DNA of 64,000 nt from an uncultured Alphaproteobacteria bacterium. GTDB taxonomy: Bacteria; Pseudomonadota; Alphaproteobacteria; HIMB59; GCA-002718135. The DNA lies in assembly GCA_902595805.1 (NCBI GenBank), contig CACJRM010000001.1, positions 99,806-163,805 of the forward strand, given 5' to 3'. The notes below the pieces were generated by a model, which searched no databases, was not told the DNA's origin, and worked only from the letters and a program-made list of their open reading frames with translations. The position numbers and the translations under genes were made by a program. Shown piece after piece: positions 18,557 to 30,318 of the stretch (its first letter is position 1; each line of letters opens with the position of its first letter).

Positions 18557-20992
18557 ATGAAATCAAAGTCAAAAGTAGTTGTCATCGGTGGAGGTGCAGT
18601 AGGTGTTAGCACTCTTTATCATTTAGCAAAAAAGGGTTGGTCAGATGTAGTTCTGGTTGAAAGAAAGGAATTAACCTCAGGATCAACATGGCATGCTGCA
18701 GGGTTACTTCCACTATTCAATATGAGTTATTCAGTAGGTCAATTACATAAATACGCAGTCAAACTTTACAAAACTCTAGAAGAAGAAACAGGACAAAAAG
18801 TTGGGTTTAGTGTGGTTTCAAATATTCGTTTAGCAACTACTCAAGATAGAATGGATGAGTATTATCAATATTCAGGAGTCGCTAAAACAATTGGTGTAGA
18901 TGTTAAATTTTTAACTCCTGAACAAGTAAAAGAAATTTGGCCACTTTGTAACACAGATGGATTAATAGGTGCAATTCAGCATCCCGAAGATGGATACATT
19001 CAACCAGCCGATCTAACTCAAGCTCTTGCAAAAGGAGCAAGAGATAAAGGTGCGGAAATTTATAGAAACACTTCTGTAATAGGAATTAAAAAAAATAAAG
19101 ATGATTTATGGATTGTAGAAACTGATAAAGGATCTATTGAATGTGAGCATGTAGTGTCATGTAGTGGCAATTTTGCAAGACAGACTGGAAAGATGGTCGG
19201 ACTTGACATTCCAGTTATACCTGTTGAACATCAATACATCGTGACCGATGATCATCCTGAAATATTAAAAAGAAAAGAACAAGGACTTCCTGAAATGGGA
19301 GTCTTAAGAGATTCTGATAGTTCTTGGTACATGCGTGAAGAAAGAGGAGGATTGATTTTAGGGCCTTATGAAAAAGGAGCTCCAGTTTGTTATGTTGATG
19401 GACCTGATAAAGAATCTGAATTCGAATTATTTCAAGAAGATCTAGAGCGTTTAGAACCTCACATTGAATCAGCAATGCATCGTGTTCCTATTTTTGGAGA
19501 AGTTGGAGTTAAGAAAGTTTACAATGGCGCTATTTGTTATACACCAGATGGAAGTCCAATTGTTGGACCGGCATGGGGACTTAAAAATTTCTGGTTAAAT
19601 GAAGGTCATAGTTTTGGAATTACTGCAGCTGGTGGAGCTGGATGGCAAATTGCTGAGTGGATAGTAGACGGTGAACCTACAATTGATATGTTAGGTGTAG
19701 ATCCAAGAAGATTTGGTGATTATGCTACAGAGGCATATTTGATCAAAAAGAATGAAGAAGCTTACGCGAACGTTTTTACAGTACACTATCCTGATGAAGA
19801 AAGAGAAGAGGGACGTCCATTAAGACAAGCTCCTTGTTATGATAGATTAAAAAATCTTGGTGCAGTTTTTGGTCAAAAGTTTGGTTGGGAGCGTGCTAAC
19901 TGGTTTGCGCCTTCAAAAGAATTACAAAAAGATGATTGGTCATTTAGAAGATCAAAATGGTTTGAGCATGTTGGAAACGAGTGCTTAAATGTTCAGGAAA
20001 ATGCTGGCCTTCTAGATATGACTGCGTTTGCTAAATGCCGGATTTCAGGACCTGGTGCAGAAGAGTTTTTAGACTACTTGGTTGCAAACAAAATTCCAAA
20101 AAAAATTGGAAGAGTTAATCTTTGTCATGCATTAAACACTGCTGGAGGAGTCCACTCAGAATTCACAATTGCAAAAGAAAAAGAAAATTCATTTTATTTA
20201 GTTTCAGCAGGAGCGTTTCAAAGATTAGATCATGATTGGATTCATAAATGGATGCCCAAAGATGGATCAGTGATTTATGAAAATTTAACCAATAGTATAG
20301 GTGTTCTTGTTTTAGCAGGACCCAAATCAAGAGATATTCTCTCTAAAATCACAAAGACTGATTTATCTAATGAAAATTTCCCTTGGCTATCATCAAAAAA
20401 AATTAATGTTGGTTTAGCCCCTAGTATTGCTATGCGTATGAATTTTGTTGGTGAACTCGGATGGGAATTACATCATCCAATTGAATATCAAAACCATATT
20501 TTTGATAAATTGATGGAAGCAGGAAAAGATCATGGACTTAAACCATTTGGTATTAGAGCGATGGAAAGTTTACGTGTTGAAAAAACATATAAATTGGTTG
20601 GTACAGAAATGTCTATAGAATACGCAGCTTTTGAGTCTGGGTTAGATAGATTTGTACATTTAAACAAAGGGAATTTTATTGGAAGAGATGCTCTAGTTAA
20701 ATGGCAGCAAAATGGTTTTAAAAACAAAATGGTAACTTTAGAGGTTCATAATGTTGAAGATGCAGATGCTTTGGGTAATAATCCTATTTATAATAATGGA
20801 AATGTTATAGGTCGTGCGACAGGAGGTAACTATGGTTTTAGAGTGAAAAAATCATTAGCTATTGGTATGGTGGAACCTAAATTTGCAGATGTTGGTCAAA
20901 AATTAGAAATGGATATATTAGACAAAAAATACAATGTAACTGTTATAGAAGATAGTCCTTATGATCCTAAAAATGAAAAATTAAAACAATAG
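18557..20992 (+). CDS. dmgdh: dimethylglycine (or sarcosine) dehydrogenase: FAD oxidoreductase fused to a GcvT-like folate domain
   Basis: N-terminal [10 protein letters not shown] dinucleotide fold, SGSTWHAAG (the His used for covalent FAD in this family) and a C-terminal aminomethyltransferase domain, 811 aa in total. It is followed directly by etfBA. Confidence 0.85.
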   Translation: MKSKSKVVVIGGGAVGVSTLYHLAKKGWSDVVLVERKELTSGSTWHAAGLLPLFNMSYSVGQLHKYAVKLYKTLEEETGQKVGFSVVSNIRLATTQDRMDEYYQYSGVAKTIGVDVKFLTPEQVKEIWPLCNTDGLIGAIQHPEDGYIQPADLTQALAKGARDKGAEIYRNTSVIGIKKNKDDLWIVETDKGSIECEHVVSCSGNFARQTGKMVGLDIPVIPVEHQYIVTDDHPEILKRKEQGLPEMGVLRDSDSSWYMREERGGLILGPYEKGAPVCYVDGPDKESEFELFQEDLERLEPHIESAMHRVPIFGEVGVKKVYNGAICYTPDGSPIVGPAWGLKNFWLNEGHSFGITAAGGAGWQIAEWIVDGEPTIDMLGVDPRRFGDYATEAYLIKKNEEAYANVFTVHYPDEEREEGRPLRQAPCYDRLKNLGAVFGQKFGWERANWFAPSKELQKDDWSFRRSKWFEHVGNECLNVQENAGLLDMTAFAKCRISGPGAEEFLDYLVANKIPKKIGRVNLCHALNTAGGVHSEFTIAKEKENSFYLVSAGAFQRLDHDWIHKWMPKDGSVIYENLTNSIGVLVLAGPKSRDILSKITKTDLSNENFPWLSSKKINVGLAPSIAMRMNFVGELGWELHHPIEYQNHIFDKLMEAGKDHGLKPFGIRAMESLRVEKTYKLVGTEMSIEYAAFESGLDRFVHLNKGNFIGRDALVKWQQNGFKNKMVTLEVHNVEDADALGNNPIYNNGNVIGRATGGNYGFRVKKSLAIGMVEPKFADVGQKLEMDILDKKYNVTVIEDSPYDPKNEKLKQ

Positions 20993-20993
20993 T

Positions 20994-21743
20994 ATGAAGT
21001 TACTTGTCACCGTAAAAAGAGTCATAGATTATAATGTTCAAATCAGGGTTAAAGCTGATGGATCTGGAGTTGAAAAAGATAATGTAAAAATGTCCATGAA
21101 TCCTCCTGATGAAAATGCGGTAGAGGAAGCTCTTCGAATAAAAGAAGCTGGTAAAGCAGATGAGATTATAATTCTTTCTGTAGGTAATGATAAAGCTCAA
21201 GAAACTATCAGAACTGCATTAGCAATGGGAGCTGATAGAGGTATACATATTAAAACAGAAAATGATTTAGAACCTCTAGCTATTTCTAAAATAATTTCTA
21301 AAGTTGCTGAAGAAGAAAAACCATCAATTATTTTAATGGGCAAACAAGCAATAGATGATGATTCTAATCAAACCGGTCAAATGACATCTGCTTTACTTAA
21401 TTGGCCTCAGGCTACATTTGCGTCTAAAATTGAAATTGAGGGGCAAAATGCTATCGTTACTAGAGAGATTGATGAAGGTTTGGAGAGGATAAAAGTTTCT
21501 ATACCATTTGTAGCATCATGTGATCTTCGACTCAATGAACCTAGATACGCCTCTTTACCAAATATAATGAAAGCAAAGAAAAAACCAATTGATACAAAAG
21601 ATGCATCTTCACTTGGTATAAATATAGAACCTAGGATTGAACAAATAAAAGTAGAAGAACCACCTGTCAGACAAAAAGGAATTATGGTAAGTGATGTAGC
21701 TGAACTTGTTCAAAAACTTAAACATGAGGCAAAAGTTATATGA
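20994..21743 (+). CDS. etfB: electron transfer flavoprotein beta subunit
   Basis: Full-length ETF-beta ([12 protein letters not shown]..). Confidence 0.95.
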   Translation: MKLLVTVKRVIDYNVQIRVKADGSGVEKDNVKMSMNPPDENAVEEALRIKEAGKADEIIILSVGNDKAQETIRTALAMGADRGIHIKTENDLEPLAISKIISKVAEEEKPSIILMGKQAIDDDSNQTGQMTSALLNWPQATFASKIEIEGQNAIVTREIDEGLERIKVSIPFVASCDLRLNEPRYASLPNIMKAKKKPIDTKDASSLGINIEPRIEQIKVEEPPVRQKGIMVSDVAELVQKLKHEAKVI

Positions 21744-22693
21744 CAATATTAGTGTTAGCAGAACATAATAATATAGATATCAAATCATCAACCTTAAATA
21801 CTATATCTGCAGCATCGCAAATAGACCAAGATATACATGTTTTGGTAACAGGCTATGAATGTGAAGAGCTAGCTAAAAATATCTCTAAATTTGAAAAAGT
21901 TTCAAAAGTATATTTAGCCAATAATGAAAAACTTAAAAACCCAATTGCTGAAAATATTGAGCCTATAGTTGTATCTTTAGCCAATAATTATTCTCACATT
22001 ATGGCACCTGCGACAACGTTTGGAAAAAATATTTTTCCTAGAATCGCCGTTAAACTAGATATTGCACAAGTTAGCGATGTTATAAAAATAATAAGTTCCG
22101 ATACTTTTATGAGGCCAATTTACGCTGGTAACGCTATTGCAACAGTTAAATCAAATGACAAGATTAAAGTAGTAACGGTAAGACCAACATCGTTTGATCC
22201 TGTAGAAACTAGCGGAGGAAAAGAACAAGTTGAAAATATTTCTTTTGATAACGATAGTGGCAGTGTTGAATTTATAGATAGAGAAGAATCTCAATCTGAA
22301 AGACCAGAATTAAGTACTGCTCGAGTTGTGATATCCGGTGGCAGAGGATTACAAAGCGCCGAAAATTTTAAACTTTTAAATGAAATAGCAGATAAGCTTA
22401 ATGCGGCAGTTGGTGCTTCTCGTGCTGCAGTAGATGCTGGTTATGTTTCTAATGATTATCAAGTTGGTCAAACTGGCAAAGTAGTTGTCCCAGATTTGTA
22501 TATTGCTGTCGGAATTTCTGGTGCAATACAGCACTTAGCAGGTATGAAAGAAAGCAAGGTAATTGTTGCAATCAATAAAGATGAAGAAGCGCCAATATTT
22601 AATGTTGCTGATTATGGATTAAACGCTGATTTATTTGAGGCATTGCCTCAATTATCTTCTGAACTAGATAAATTAAATACTATTCAACAATAA
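21740..22693 (+). CDS. etfA: electron transfer flavoprotein alpha subunit
   Basis: Full-length ETF-alpha (VISGGRG..; [22 protein letters not shown]). Confidence 0.95.
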   Translation: MTILVLAEHNNIDIKSSTLNTISAASQIDQDIHVLVTGYECEELAKNISKFEKVSKVYLANNEKLKNPIAENIEPIVVSLANNYSHIMAPATTFGKNIFPRIAVKLDIAQVSDVIKIISSDTFMRPIYAGNAIATVKSNDKIKVVTVRPTSFDPVETSGGKEQVENISFDNDSGSVEFIDREESQSERPELSTARVVISGGRGLQSAENFKLLNEIADKLNAAVGASRAAVDAGYVSNDYQVGQTGKVVVPDLYIAVGISGAIQHLAGMKESKVIVAINKDEEAPIFNVADYGLNADLFEALPQLSSELDKLNTIQQ

Positions 22694-22716
22694 ATTAATT
22701 TATTACAATAAATAAA

Positions 22717-24345
22717 ATGGAAGTAGAACGCGAGTCAATGGACTATGATGTTGTGGTGGTAGGTGCTGGTCCATCAGGACTTTCAACTGCAATTAAACTA
22801 AAACAGCTAAACCCAGATATTAATATTTGTGTATTAGAAAAGGGATCAGAAGTTGGAGCCCATATTTTAAGTGGCAATGTCTTTGAAACAAGAGCACTTG
22901 ATGAATTAATACCTGATTGGAGAACTAAAGATTCGCCAATTAAAACTAAAGTAACAAAAGAAAAGTTTTTATTCTTATCAAAAAAAGGCTCTTTAAATTG
23001 GCCTACGTGGCTTCTTCCCAGTGTTCAAAAAAATCATAAGAATTATATTATTAGTCTTGCAAATTTATGTAGATGGCTAGCAAGTGAGGCTGAAAGTTTA
23101 GGAGTAGAAATTTTTCCAGGATTTGCAGCATCTAAAATATTATATTCAGATGATGATCACGTAATTGGTGTTCAAACAGGTGATATGGGTATTGGTAAAG
23201 ATGGTAATAAAAAAGATAGTTTTGAACCAGGTATTAATATTAACGCTAAAGTAACAGTATTTGCTGAAGGTTGCAGAGGTCATTTAGGTAAAGAATTAAT
23301 TAAAAAATATAATTTATCGAAAGATAAGTCACCACAACAATACGGAATTGGGTTTAAAGAAATTTGGGAAGTAGACGAAAGTCAGCATGAAGAAGGTCTT
23401 GTCATGCATACTGCTGGATGGCCATTAGATAATGCAACTTATGGTGGCAGTTTTTGTTATCATGCAGAAAATAAACAAATATTTTTAGGATACGTAATCG
23501 GTCTTGATTATAAAAATCCTTATTTATCACCTTATGATGAATTTCAAAAATTTAAAACTCACCCAGTAATTAAGAAAATTCTAACTAATGGAAAACGTAT
23601 TGCGTATGGAGCAAGAGCACTTATTGAAGGCGGTATTCAAAGTTTACCTACAATGTATATGCCGGGCGGATTACTAGTTGGATGCGATGCAGGTACCTTA
23701 AATATGCCAAAGATTAAAGGTTCTCATACTGCAATGAAAAGTGGAATTATAGCTGCTGAAACAATTAATGATTATTTAAGTAAATCTGTACCTCTTGCAG
23801 CATATGAAGATAAATTTAAACGTTCTTGGCTTTATAAAGAATTGTTTGCTGCAAGGAATGTAAAACCTAGTTTTAATTGGGGACTAATACCTGCAATAAT
23901 ATTTACAGGAATTGACCAAATAATATTTAAAGGCAAACTTCCTTTTACACTAAAACACAAACATGCTGATCATGAAGCTTTAAAACTAGCAAAAGATTCA
24001 AAAAAAATAGATTATCCAAAATATGATGGAATATTTACTTTTGATAAAACCAGTTCTGTTTATTTGACTGGAACCAACCATGAAGCTGATCAGCCAGTAC
24101 ATTTACAATTAAAGGATAAAGAATTACCAATAAAATTTACTTTAAATGCTTATGATGAGCCGTCTCAAAGATATTGTCCTGCTGGTGTATATGAGATTGA
24201 TAAGACAGATAGTCAAAATCCTAAATTTGTAATTAATGCGCAAAATTGTATTCATTGTAAAACATGTGATATTAAAGAGCCATCACAAAACATAAATTGG
24301 GTTGTGCCTGAAGGCAGTGGGGGGCCAAATTATGCAAATATGTAA
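22717..24345 (+). CDS. electron transfer flavoprotein-ubiquinone oxidoreductase
   Basis: N-terminal VVVVGAGPSG and a C-terminal 4Fe-4S motif (CPAGVYE..NAQNCIHCKTCDIK). Confidence 0.95.
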   Translation: MEVERESMDYDVVVVGAGPSGLSTAIKLKQLNPDINICVLEKGSEVGAHILSGNVFETRALDELIPDWRTKDSPIKTKVTKEKFLFLSKKGSLNWPTWLLPSVQKNHKNYIISLANLCRWLASEAESLGVEIFPGFAASKILYSDDDHVIGVQTGDMGIGKDGNKKDSFEPGININAKVTVFAEGCRGHLGKELIKKYNLSKDKSPQQYGIGFKEIWEVDESQHEEGLVMHTAGWPLDNATYGGSFCYHAENKQIFLGYVIGLDYKNPYLSPYDEFQKFKTHPVIKKILTNGKRIAYGARALIEGGIQSLPTMYMPGGLLVGCDAGTLNMPKIKGSHTAMKSGIIAAETINDYLSKSVPLAAYEDKFKRSWLYKELFAARNVKPSFNWGLIPAIIFTGIDQIIFKGKLPFTLKHKHADHEALKLAKDSKKIDYPKYDGIFTFDKTSSVYLTGTNHEADQPVHLQLKDKELPIKFTLNAYDEPSQRYCPAGVYEIDKTDSQNPKFVINAQNCIHCKTCDIKEPSQNINWVVPEGSGGPNYANM

Positions 24346-24389
24346 TATATTTGAAAAATACTTATTATTTAAATTAATTCATTTTAATT

Positions 24390-25223
24390 ATGAATAAAGA
24401 TAAAATTGTATTTACTTTTGCGACAGCGGAAGTAAATTTTATTGGTCAATTATTTATTAAAATTACTGAACTATTAACAGGAAAACTAAAATTAAAAAAA
24501 TTATATGATCAATATTTATCTGAAAATAGACCCCCTGAGCTTTTTTGGGATGATGCAGTAGATAAATTAAATCTTACTTTAATAACTAATTTTCAGGATG
24601 GTAGTTACATTCCTAAAAAAGGAAAATTAATTGTTATAGCAAATCATGCTTTTGGAGTTGCTGATGGAGTATCCATATGTTCAGCGATTTCAAAAGTAAG
24701 GCAAGATTATAAAATGGTCACACATAAAGTCTTAAGGCAAGCAGAGGCAGTAAAAGATAAAATATTACCAATTGATTTTAATGAAAATAAAGAAGCTCTA
24801 TTAACTAACATTAGTACACGTAAAGAAGCAGAAAAAGTTTTGCATAATGATGGTGTTCTAGTTCTTTTCCCCTCTGGAACGATAGCAACTAAACAAAACT
24901 TAAAAAAAAATACAAAAGCAGATGATGGTGAGTGGAAACAATGGGTTTCGAAATTAGTTCTTAAAACTAAAAGTCCTGTACTACCAATTTTTTTTGACGG
25001 TCAAAATAGTCAACTTTACCATATTGCTAATAAAATAGGACAAACTTTTAGATACTCTTTGTGCATGTATGAACTTAAAAGGAAGATAGGTGACGATATT
25101 TACATGTACTTTGGTTCACTTATACCTTATGAAAACCTTGAAAAAATTGGAGATATCAAAAAAATTACTCACTACTTAAGATCAACTACATATTCTTTAG
25201 ATCCACAATATAATAATAATTAA
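24390..25223 (+). CDS. PlsC-family (lysophospholipid) acyltransferase
   Basis: HX4D motif NHAFGVADG and an FPSGT block. Confidence 0.6.
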   Translation: MNKDKIVFTFATAEVNFIGQLFIKITELLTGKLKLKKLYDQYLSENRPPELFWDDAVDKLNLTLITNFQDGSYIPKKGKLIVIANHAFGVADGVSICSAISKVRQDYKMVTHKVLRQAEAVKDKILPIDFNENKEALLTNISTRKEAEKVLHNDGVLVLFPSGTIATKQNLKKNTKADDGEWKQWVSKLVLKTKSPVLPIFFDGQNSQLYHIANKIGQTFRYSLCMYELKRKIGDDIYMYFGSLIPYENLEKIGDIKKITHYLRSTTYSLDPQYNNN

Positions 25224-25261
25224 ATATTTATTTTTTACACTTGCCGTTTTATAGAGTTCAT

Positions 25262-25933
25262 ATGGTAGGTTTTGTTGGTTTACAAGCAAGAAGAAGAAGA
25301 AGAAATAGAATTTTACTAGTTATTTCTATTATAGCTATCTTTGGTATTTTTTTCTATTTCCCTTCTTTAGATTTATCAAATGATCAAACTAAGCCACCTA
25401 TTGAAATAATTCCTAGCAGCATTGTTGATGAATCAAGTTTACGATCTGAAATAGAAGAACTTAAACTTGAGATATTCCAAAAAGATCAGCGATTAAAATT
25501 TAGAGATGATCAAATAAAAAACTTACGTGAAGAAATAGGTGATTTAAATAAGTCATTCGATACAATTAAGAATGATTATGAACAATCTCTTAACAATATA
25601 TCAGATCTAGAAAATAACACATTAGAAAATAACTCAGAAAGTATTGAAAAACTTAACAAACTTGAAAATCAAATATCTGAATTAAATAAACAATTGTCAA
25701 AATATGAAGATCTTGTTAAAAAATTAAAAATAGAATTAGAAAGTTCTGTATCAAATGAAGATATGGAAGACGTAAAAATTGAAAATTCAATACTTAAATC
25801 AGAACTTAGACAAATTGAACAAAAAAATCGTAGTTTTGAAAATGAATTAAATGAGCTAAAAAAAATAATTAAAAATAAAGATAAAGAAATAGAAGATTTA
25901 ATTTATTTAAAAGATTCCCAACATCATGGTTGA
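25262..25933 (+). CDS. membrane-anchored coiled-coil protein, function unknown
   Basis: I prefer ATG 25262 to the TTG at 25241. It has an RRRRR stretch plus one TM segment, then about 170 aa of heptad-rich E/K/L/N sequence. Confidence 0.5.
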   Translation: MVGFVGLQARRRRRNRILLVISIIAIFGIFFYFPSLDLSNDQTKPPIEIIPSSIVDESSLRSEIEELKLEIFQKDQRLKFRDDQIKNLREEIGDLNKSFDTIKNDYEQSLNNISDLENNTLENNSESIEKLNKLENQISELNKQLSKYEDLVKKLKIELESSVSNEDMEDVKIENSILKSELRQIEQKNRSFENELNELKKIIKNKDKEIEDLIYLKDSQHHG

Positions 25934-26413
25934 TTATTCATTTTTCTTTCTGAATAAATAGGGCTCTTCAAAATCCCCAATCCATATACCTTTTTTATTT
26001 TGTTTTGCTTCTTCTTCTTCTTCAATATAATCCGTTGAATAATAGCGATAAGCTATTGCCCATCCATTCAGAACCATTGCACTATTTAAATCTAAATTAT
26101 CTTTGTAACAGATTCCAATAAATCTATTATATCGATCTTTACCTTTTGTGATGCATTCAATATTATTATTACCAATTAATTCCTTTAAGAACTTTGTTGA
26201 CTCCACACCACAATTCCAGACCTTACTATTTTTATTACATGTTTGATTTGTCTCCGGGGCATCAATAGCATGCAGTCTTATTTTATTTTTATTTATATGT
26301 ATAGTATCACCATCAATTACTTTTGCTTTTCCAAATATAGTTTTGCCAGATGATACTGTACTAAAAGAAATTAAGATAAAAAATAAATTAAATATTAAGA
26401 TTTTTACTACCAT
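25934..26413 (-). CDS. secreted thermonuclease (staphylococcal nuclease, SNase-like)
   Basis: Signal peptide followed by VIDGDTI..IRLHAIDAPE..RY.R..G pattern. Confidence 0.8.
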   Translation of the reverse strand: MVVKILIFNLFFILISFSTVSSGKTIFGKAKVIDGDTIHINKNKIRLHAIDAPETNQTCNKNSKVWNCGVESTKFLKELIGNNNIECITKGKDRYNRFIGICYKDNLDLNSAMVLNGWAIAYRYYSTDYIEEEEEAKQNKKGIWIGDFEEPYLFRKKNE

Positions 26414-26963
26414 CTACTAATAAATCATAAACATATTTTGCATGTGATCTGTTTAAATGTATATCTAATGAAGTTTCTTCTTTATCAGTATTATTTCTAA
26501 TAAAAAGTACTGGAATTTTTATAAATATAGTTTGAGCTACAGAAAAATTAGTTTCCAAGATTTTTTCTAAGTTCGCGACTAGAAATTTAGAAAGTAAAAT
26601 AAATACCTTTTCCCCTTCAAGCCGTAAAACAGTTTTATTAAATGAAACATCAGTTATTGCTGTTTTTTTTGGATTAAGTTTAGATTCTAATAGAGAAATA
26701 ATTTCATCTTTCTCATTTTCTGGTGTTTCGACTAACCATTCATTAGGACCAAGCCACATAATACTAATATTATTATTAAAAATTCTTACATTTGGCTCAA
26801 TTGGTAAAACCAGGTTTAATACTGACCCTATATTTTTCATAAATTCTTTATCTGAACTTTTACCTCTTATATTTATTTTACCTGATAGAGCTTTTTCTTC
26901 TATTGTTACTCCATTGTAATTTTTTTTATTTATATTCAAAACATTACTGTAAGTTAAACTCAT
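26388..26963 (-). CDS. soxG: sarcosine oxidase gamma subunit
   Basis: Size and position after soxA, with a 4-nt overlap. Sequence conservation is weak, as is usual for SoxG. Confidence 0.8.
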   Translation of the reverse strand: MSLTYSNVLNINKKNYNGVTIEEKALSGKINIRGKSSDKEFMKNIGSVLNLVLPIEPNVRIFNNNISIMWLGPNEWLVETPENEKDEIISLLESKLNPKKTAITDVSFNKTVLRLEGEKVFILLSKFLVANLEKILETNFSVAQTIFIKIPVLFIRNNTDKEETSLDIHLNRSHAKYVYDLLVDGSKNLNI

Positions 26964-29950
26964 TGATTAACCCTTTGATTCTCAGGATCAATAAATATTG
27001 GGCTAGTTATTTCTACTTCAATATTTTCATTTTCCATTGGGGCAATTAAAAAACTTCCTTTTTTTTCAAGACCACCTTTGATTAAAGCTAAAGCAAAAGA
27101 GCTTTTTAAATTAGGTGAATAGTAACTAGAGGTCACGTGACCAACCATTTTCATAGGTAGGGCAGTTATTTCTTCAACCAATTGAGATCCTTCTTCAAGA
27201 ACCTTATTTGGATCTTTAGTTCTTAATCCAACTAATTGTTTCCTATCTTTTTTAATAGTATCACTTCTATATAATGCCCTTTTACCAATAAAATCATATT
27301 TTTTCTTACTAACTATCCAGTCCATATCCAGATCTACTGGCGTCACTGATCCATCTGTTTCTTGTCCAACAATAATAAATCCTTTTTCAGCACGAAGTAC
27401 ATGCATCGCTTCAGTACCATATGGCGTAATATTAAATTCCTTACCTTTATCTATACAAAGTTTCCAAAGATTTTTAGCATAGCCAGATGGCACATTTATT
27501 TCATAACACATTTCCCCAGTAAAACTTATACGCATGACTCTACATTTTATTCCGTTAATATTAATATTCTTAAAACTCATATGAGGAAAATTTTCTTTTG
27601 AAAAATCAAAATCTGGAACTAGTTTTTGCATTAGTTTTTTCGAATTTGGGCCATTTAAGCTTATCGTTCCATAATTTTCTGTTACGGATGTTAAATATAC
27701 TTCTAACTCTGGCCATTCTGTTTGCAACCAATCTTCTAATTTTGACATTACTGATGCTGCATTTCCTGTAGTTGTTGACATAAGATAGTGATACTCATCT
27801 AATCTAGTTGTTACACCATCATCAATAACCATTCCATCGTCACCTAACATTACACCATATCGACATTTTCCAATTTCTAATTTTGACCATGAATTTGTGT
27901 AAACTCTATTTAAAAATTCACTTACATCTCTACCCTTAATATCTATTTTACCAAGAGTTGATGCATCTAATATTCCTAGACTATCTCTAGTTGCTTTTAC
28001 CTCTCTATTTAAAGCAGATTGAAAACTTTCATTCTTTTGAGGATAATACCAGGCTCTTTTCCATTGGCCTACGTCCTCAAATAAAGCTTTATTATCAATA
28101 TGCCATTGATGCATTGGGCTTGTTCTCTCTAAATCAAAAAATTCTTTAACATGACGCCCAGCAATTGCTCCAAATGTTACTGGTTTATAGGGTAAACGAA
28201 ATGTTGTTGTACCTAATTCAGAAATCTCAGTATTTGTTAATTCTGATATTATTCCAAGTGCATTAACATTACTGGTTTTGCCTTGATCAGTTGCCATTCC
28301 TGTAGTTGTATATCGTTTGACATGTTCAATGGATTGAAAACCCTCTTTTAAAGCTAGTTTAATATCTTTTGCTGTTACATCGTTTTGAAAATCTACAAAC
28401 ATTTTTGTTCTTGAGATACTGTTCTTTGATGTAATCCAAACATTTTCGTGTTTGCCATATTTTACATTATCTGATTTGTAATTTACTTCACCAAGTTCAT
28501 TTTGCTGATTATCATTTAAATATTTATATGTATCTTCTTCAGTATTTATTAATATTTCATTTAAATTATAGTCACCATTGCAACTGCCAACACACAATGT
28601 ATCTTGATAAACTTCATTAGGAATAAAACTTCCATCTACATCTCTAAATTTGAGTTTTCCTTTTGATTGAGTAAATAAATGAACAGTAGGAGTCCAACCA
28701 CCAGCAATTGCTAAAAGATCGCATTTAATATTAATAGAAGATTTTTCATTATTGTTTTCAGTTTTTATTTTTCTTAATTTAACTTCTCTAATTTTTAATC
28801 TTCCAACAGTATCACTAATTTCATAACCTTTTAGTATAGTAATACCTAATTTATTTGCTTTTTTAGGGTAATATCCATCACTACTATCTCTTGTATCGAC
28901 AATAGCCTCTACTTTTATACCTTGTTCAAAAAAATCTATTGCAGTTTCATAGGCACTATCGTTGTTTGTAAAAAAAACTAAATTTTTTCCAGGTGCAACT
29001 CCATACTTATTTAAGTATTTTTTCGCACTGTTAGAAAGCATAATACCAGGCCTATCATTATTGTTAAAAATTATTGGTCTTTCTATTGTGCCTGTTGCTA
29101 AAATAACTTTCTTTGATCTAATTTTCCAAATTCTTTCTTTAATATCGTTTTTTTTATATAATCCTTTTTCTGGATCAATTTCTTGGACAGCTAATAATAA
29201 ATTATAATTTAAATAAGCAAAACAAGTTGTATTTTTTACTATTTTTATATTTGAATTTTTAGAAAGTTTATCAACGATTTTATTTTTCCATTCATTAATT
29301 GGCAAGTTATCTATTTTAATATCTTGATTCCTGGTAGATAAAATTTCACCTCCGAGATCGTCTTCTTGCTCAATAAGTAATACTTTATAATTATTATTCG
29401 CTGCAATTTCTGCTGAAATTAATCCACTCACTCCTGCTCCAACAACTAGAACATCACAATGATAATGAAAATGTTCGTATTTGTGGGGATCATCTTTTTT
29501 TGGAGATTTACCAAGTCCTGCAGCATGTCTTATAAAAAACTCATATGCCTTCCAAAACTTTGGTGGCCACATAAAGGTCTTGTAATAGAACCCTGCAGGA
29601 AAAAATGGTGATAGTAAATCATTTATAGCACCTGCATCAAATTTCACTGACGGCCAATTATTTTGACTAAAAGCTTTTAACCCCTCATATATCTGGACTT
29701 CAGTCGCTCTTCTATTAGGTTCGGTATATTCTTTAGTCTCAAGCTGAACTATTCCATTAGGTTCTTCACTACCTGCGGTATAAATACCCCGGGGTCGATG
29801 ATATTTAAAACTTCTTCCTACCAAGTGAACATCATTTGCAAGAAGTGCTGAAGCTAAGGTGTCACCTTCAAATCCAAAATATTCTTTATTATCAAAATAA
29901 AATCTAATAGATTTATTATTTTCGAGATTTTTATTATTTTTGTATCGCAT
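26960..29950 (-). CDS. soxA: sarcosine oxidase alpha subunit
   Basis: 996 aa with an N-terminal 2Fe-2S-like/NAD fold (VLVVGAGVSG) and a C-terminal GcvT-like folate domain. Confidence 0.95.
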   Translation of the reverse strand: MRYKNNKNLENNKSIRFYFDNKEYFGFEGDTLASALLANDVHLVGRSFKYHRPRGIYTAGSEEPNGIVQLETKEYTEPNRRATEVQIYEGLKAFSQNNWPSVKFDAGAINDLLSPFFPAGFYYKTFMWPPKFWKAYEFFIRHAAGLGKSPKKDDPHKYEHFHYHCDVLVVGAGVSGLISAEIAANNNYKVLLIEQEDDLGGEILSTRNQDIKIDNLPINEWKNKIVDKLSKNSNIKIVKNTTCFAYLNYNLLLAVQEIDPEKGLYKKNDIKERIWKIRSKKVILATGTIERPIIFNNNDRPGIMLSNSAKKYLNKYGVAPGKNLVFFTNNDSAYETAIDFFEQGIKVEAIVDTRDSSDGYYPKKANKLGITILKGYEISDTVGRLKIREVKLRKIKTENNNEKSSINIKCDLLAIAGGWTPTVHLFTQSKGKLKFRDVDGSFIPNEVYQDTLCVGSCNGDYNLNEILINTEEDTYKYLNDNQQNELGEVNYKSDNVKYGKHENVWITSKNSISRTKMFVDFQNDVTAKDIKLALKEGFQSIEHVKRYTTTGMATDQGKTSNVNALGIISELTNTEISELGTTTFRLPYKPVTFGAIAGRHVKEFFDLERTSPMHQWHIDNKALFEDVGQWKRAWYYPQKNESFQSALNREVKATRDSLGILDASTLGKIDIKGRDVSEFLNRVYTNSWSKLEIGKCRYGVMLGDDGMVIDDGVTTRLDEYHYLMSTTTGNAASVMSKLEDWLQTEWPELEVYLTSVTENYGTISLNGPNSKKLMQKLVPDFDFSKENFPHMSFKNININGIKCRVMRISFTGEMCYEINVPSGYAKNLWKLCIDKGKEFNITPYGTEAMHVLRAEKGFIIVGQETDGSVTPVDLDMDWIVSKKKYDFIGKRALYRSDTIKKDRKQLVGLRTKDPNKVLEEGSQLVEEITALPMKMVGHVTSSYYSPNLKSSFALALIKGGLEKKGSFLIAPMENENIEVEITSPIFIDPENQRVNQ

Positions 29951-29958
29951 CTTTATTT

Positions 29959-30315
29959 TTAAAATCTATCTTTTTTTGATGTTGATAAATTCCCTGATCC
30001 AATACTTGGCTCACCTGAAGGAGTAGCTGGAATATTTGCTTTTAATTTAGGAGGAGCTTCTCCCATCTTATATACTGCTAGAATTTCATCGGTTGATGTA
30101 TTTCTTGCTAAATTAAACCATTGTCTGCATCCATATTCATGGTTCCATCTTTCATAATGAATACCTTTTTCGTTCTTTCGCAAGAATAAATATTCTGCCC
30201 ATTGATCATCAGAGAGTTCAGGAGGATTTTTTGGTCTTGCAATATGAGCCTCACCTCCACAAGAAAATTCAGCTTGATCTCTTTCTCCACAGTATGGGCA
30301 ATTTATTAAAAACAT
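29959..30315 (-). CDS. soxD: sarcosine oxidase delta subunit
   Basis: Begins MFLINCPYCGERDQAEFSCGGEAH, the zinc-ribbon motif typical of SoxD. Confidence 0.9.
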   Translation of the reverse strand: MFLINCPYCGERDQAEFSCGGEAHIARPKNPPELSDDQWAEYLFLRKNEKGIHYERWNHEYGCRQWFNLARNTSTDEILAVYKMGEAPPKLKANIPATPSGEPSIGSGNLSTSKKDRF

Positions 30316-30318
30316 GAT

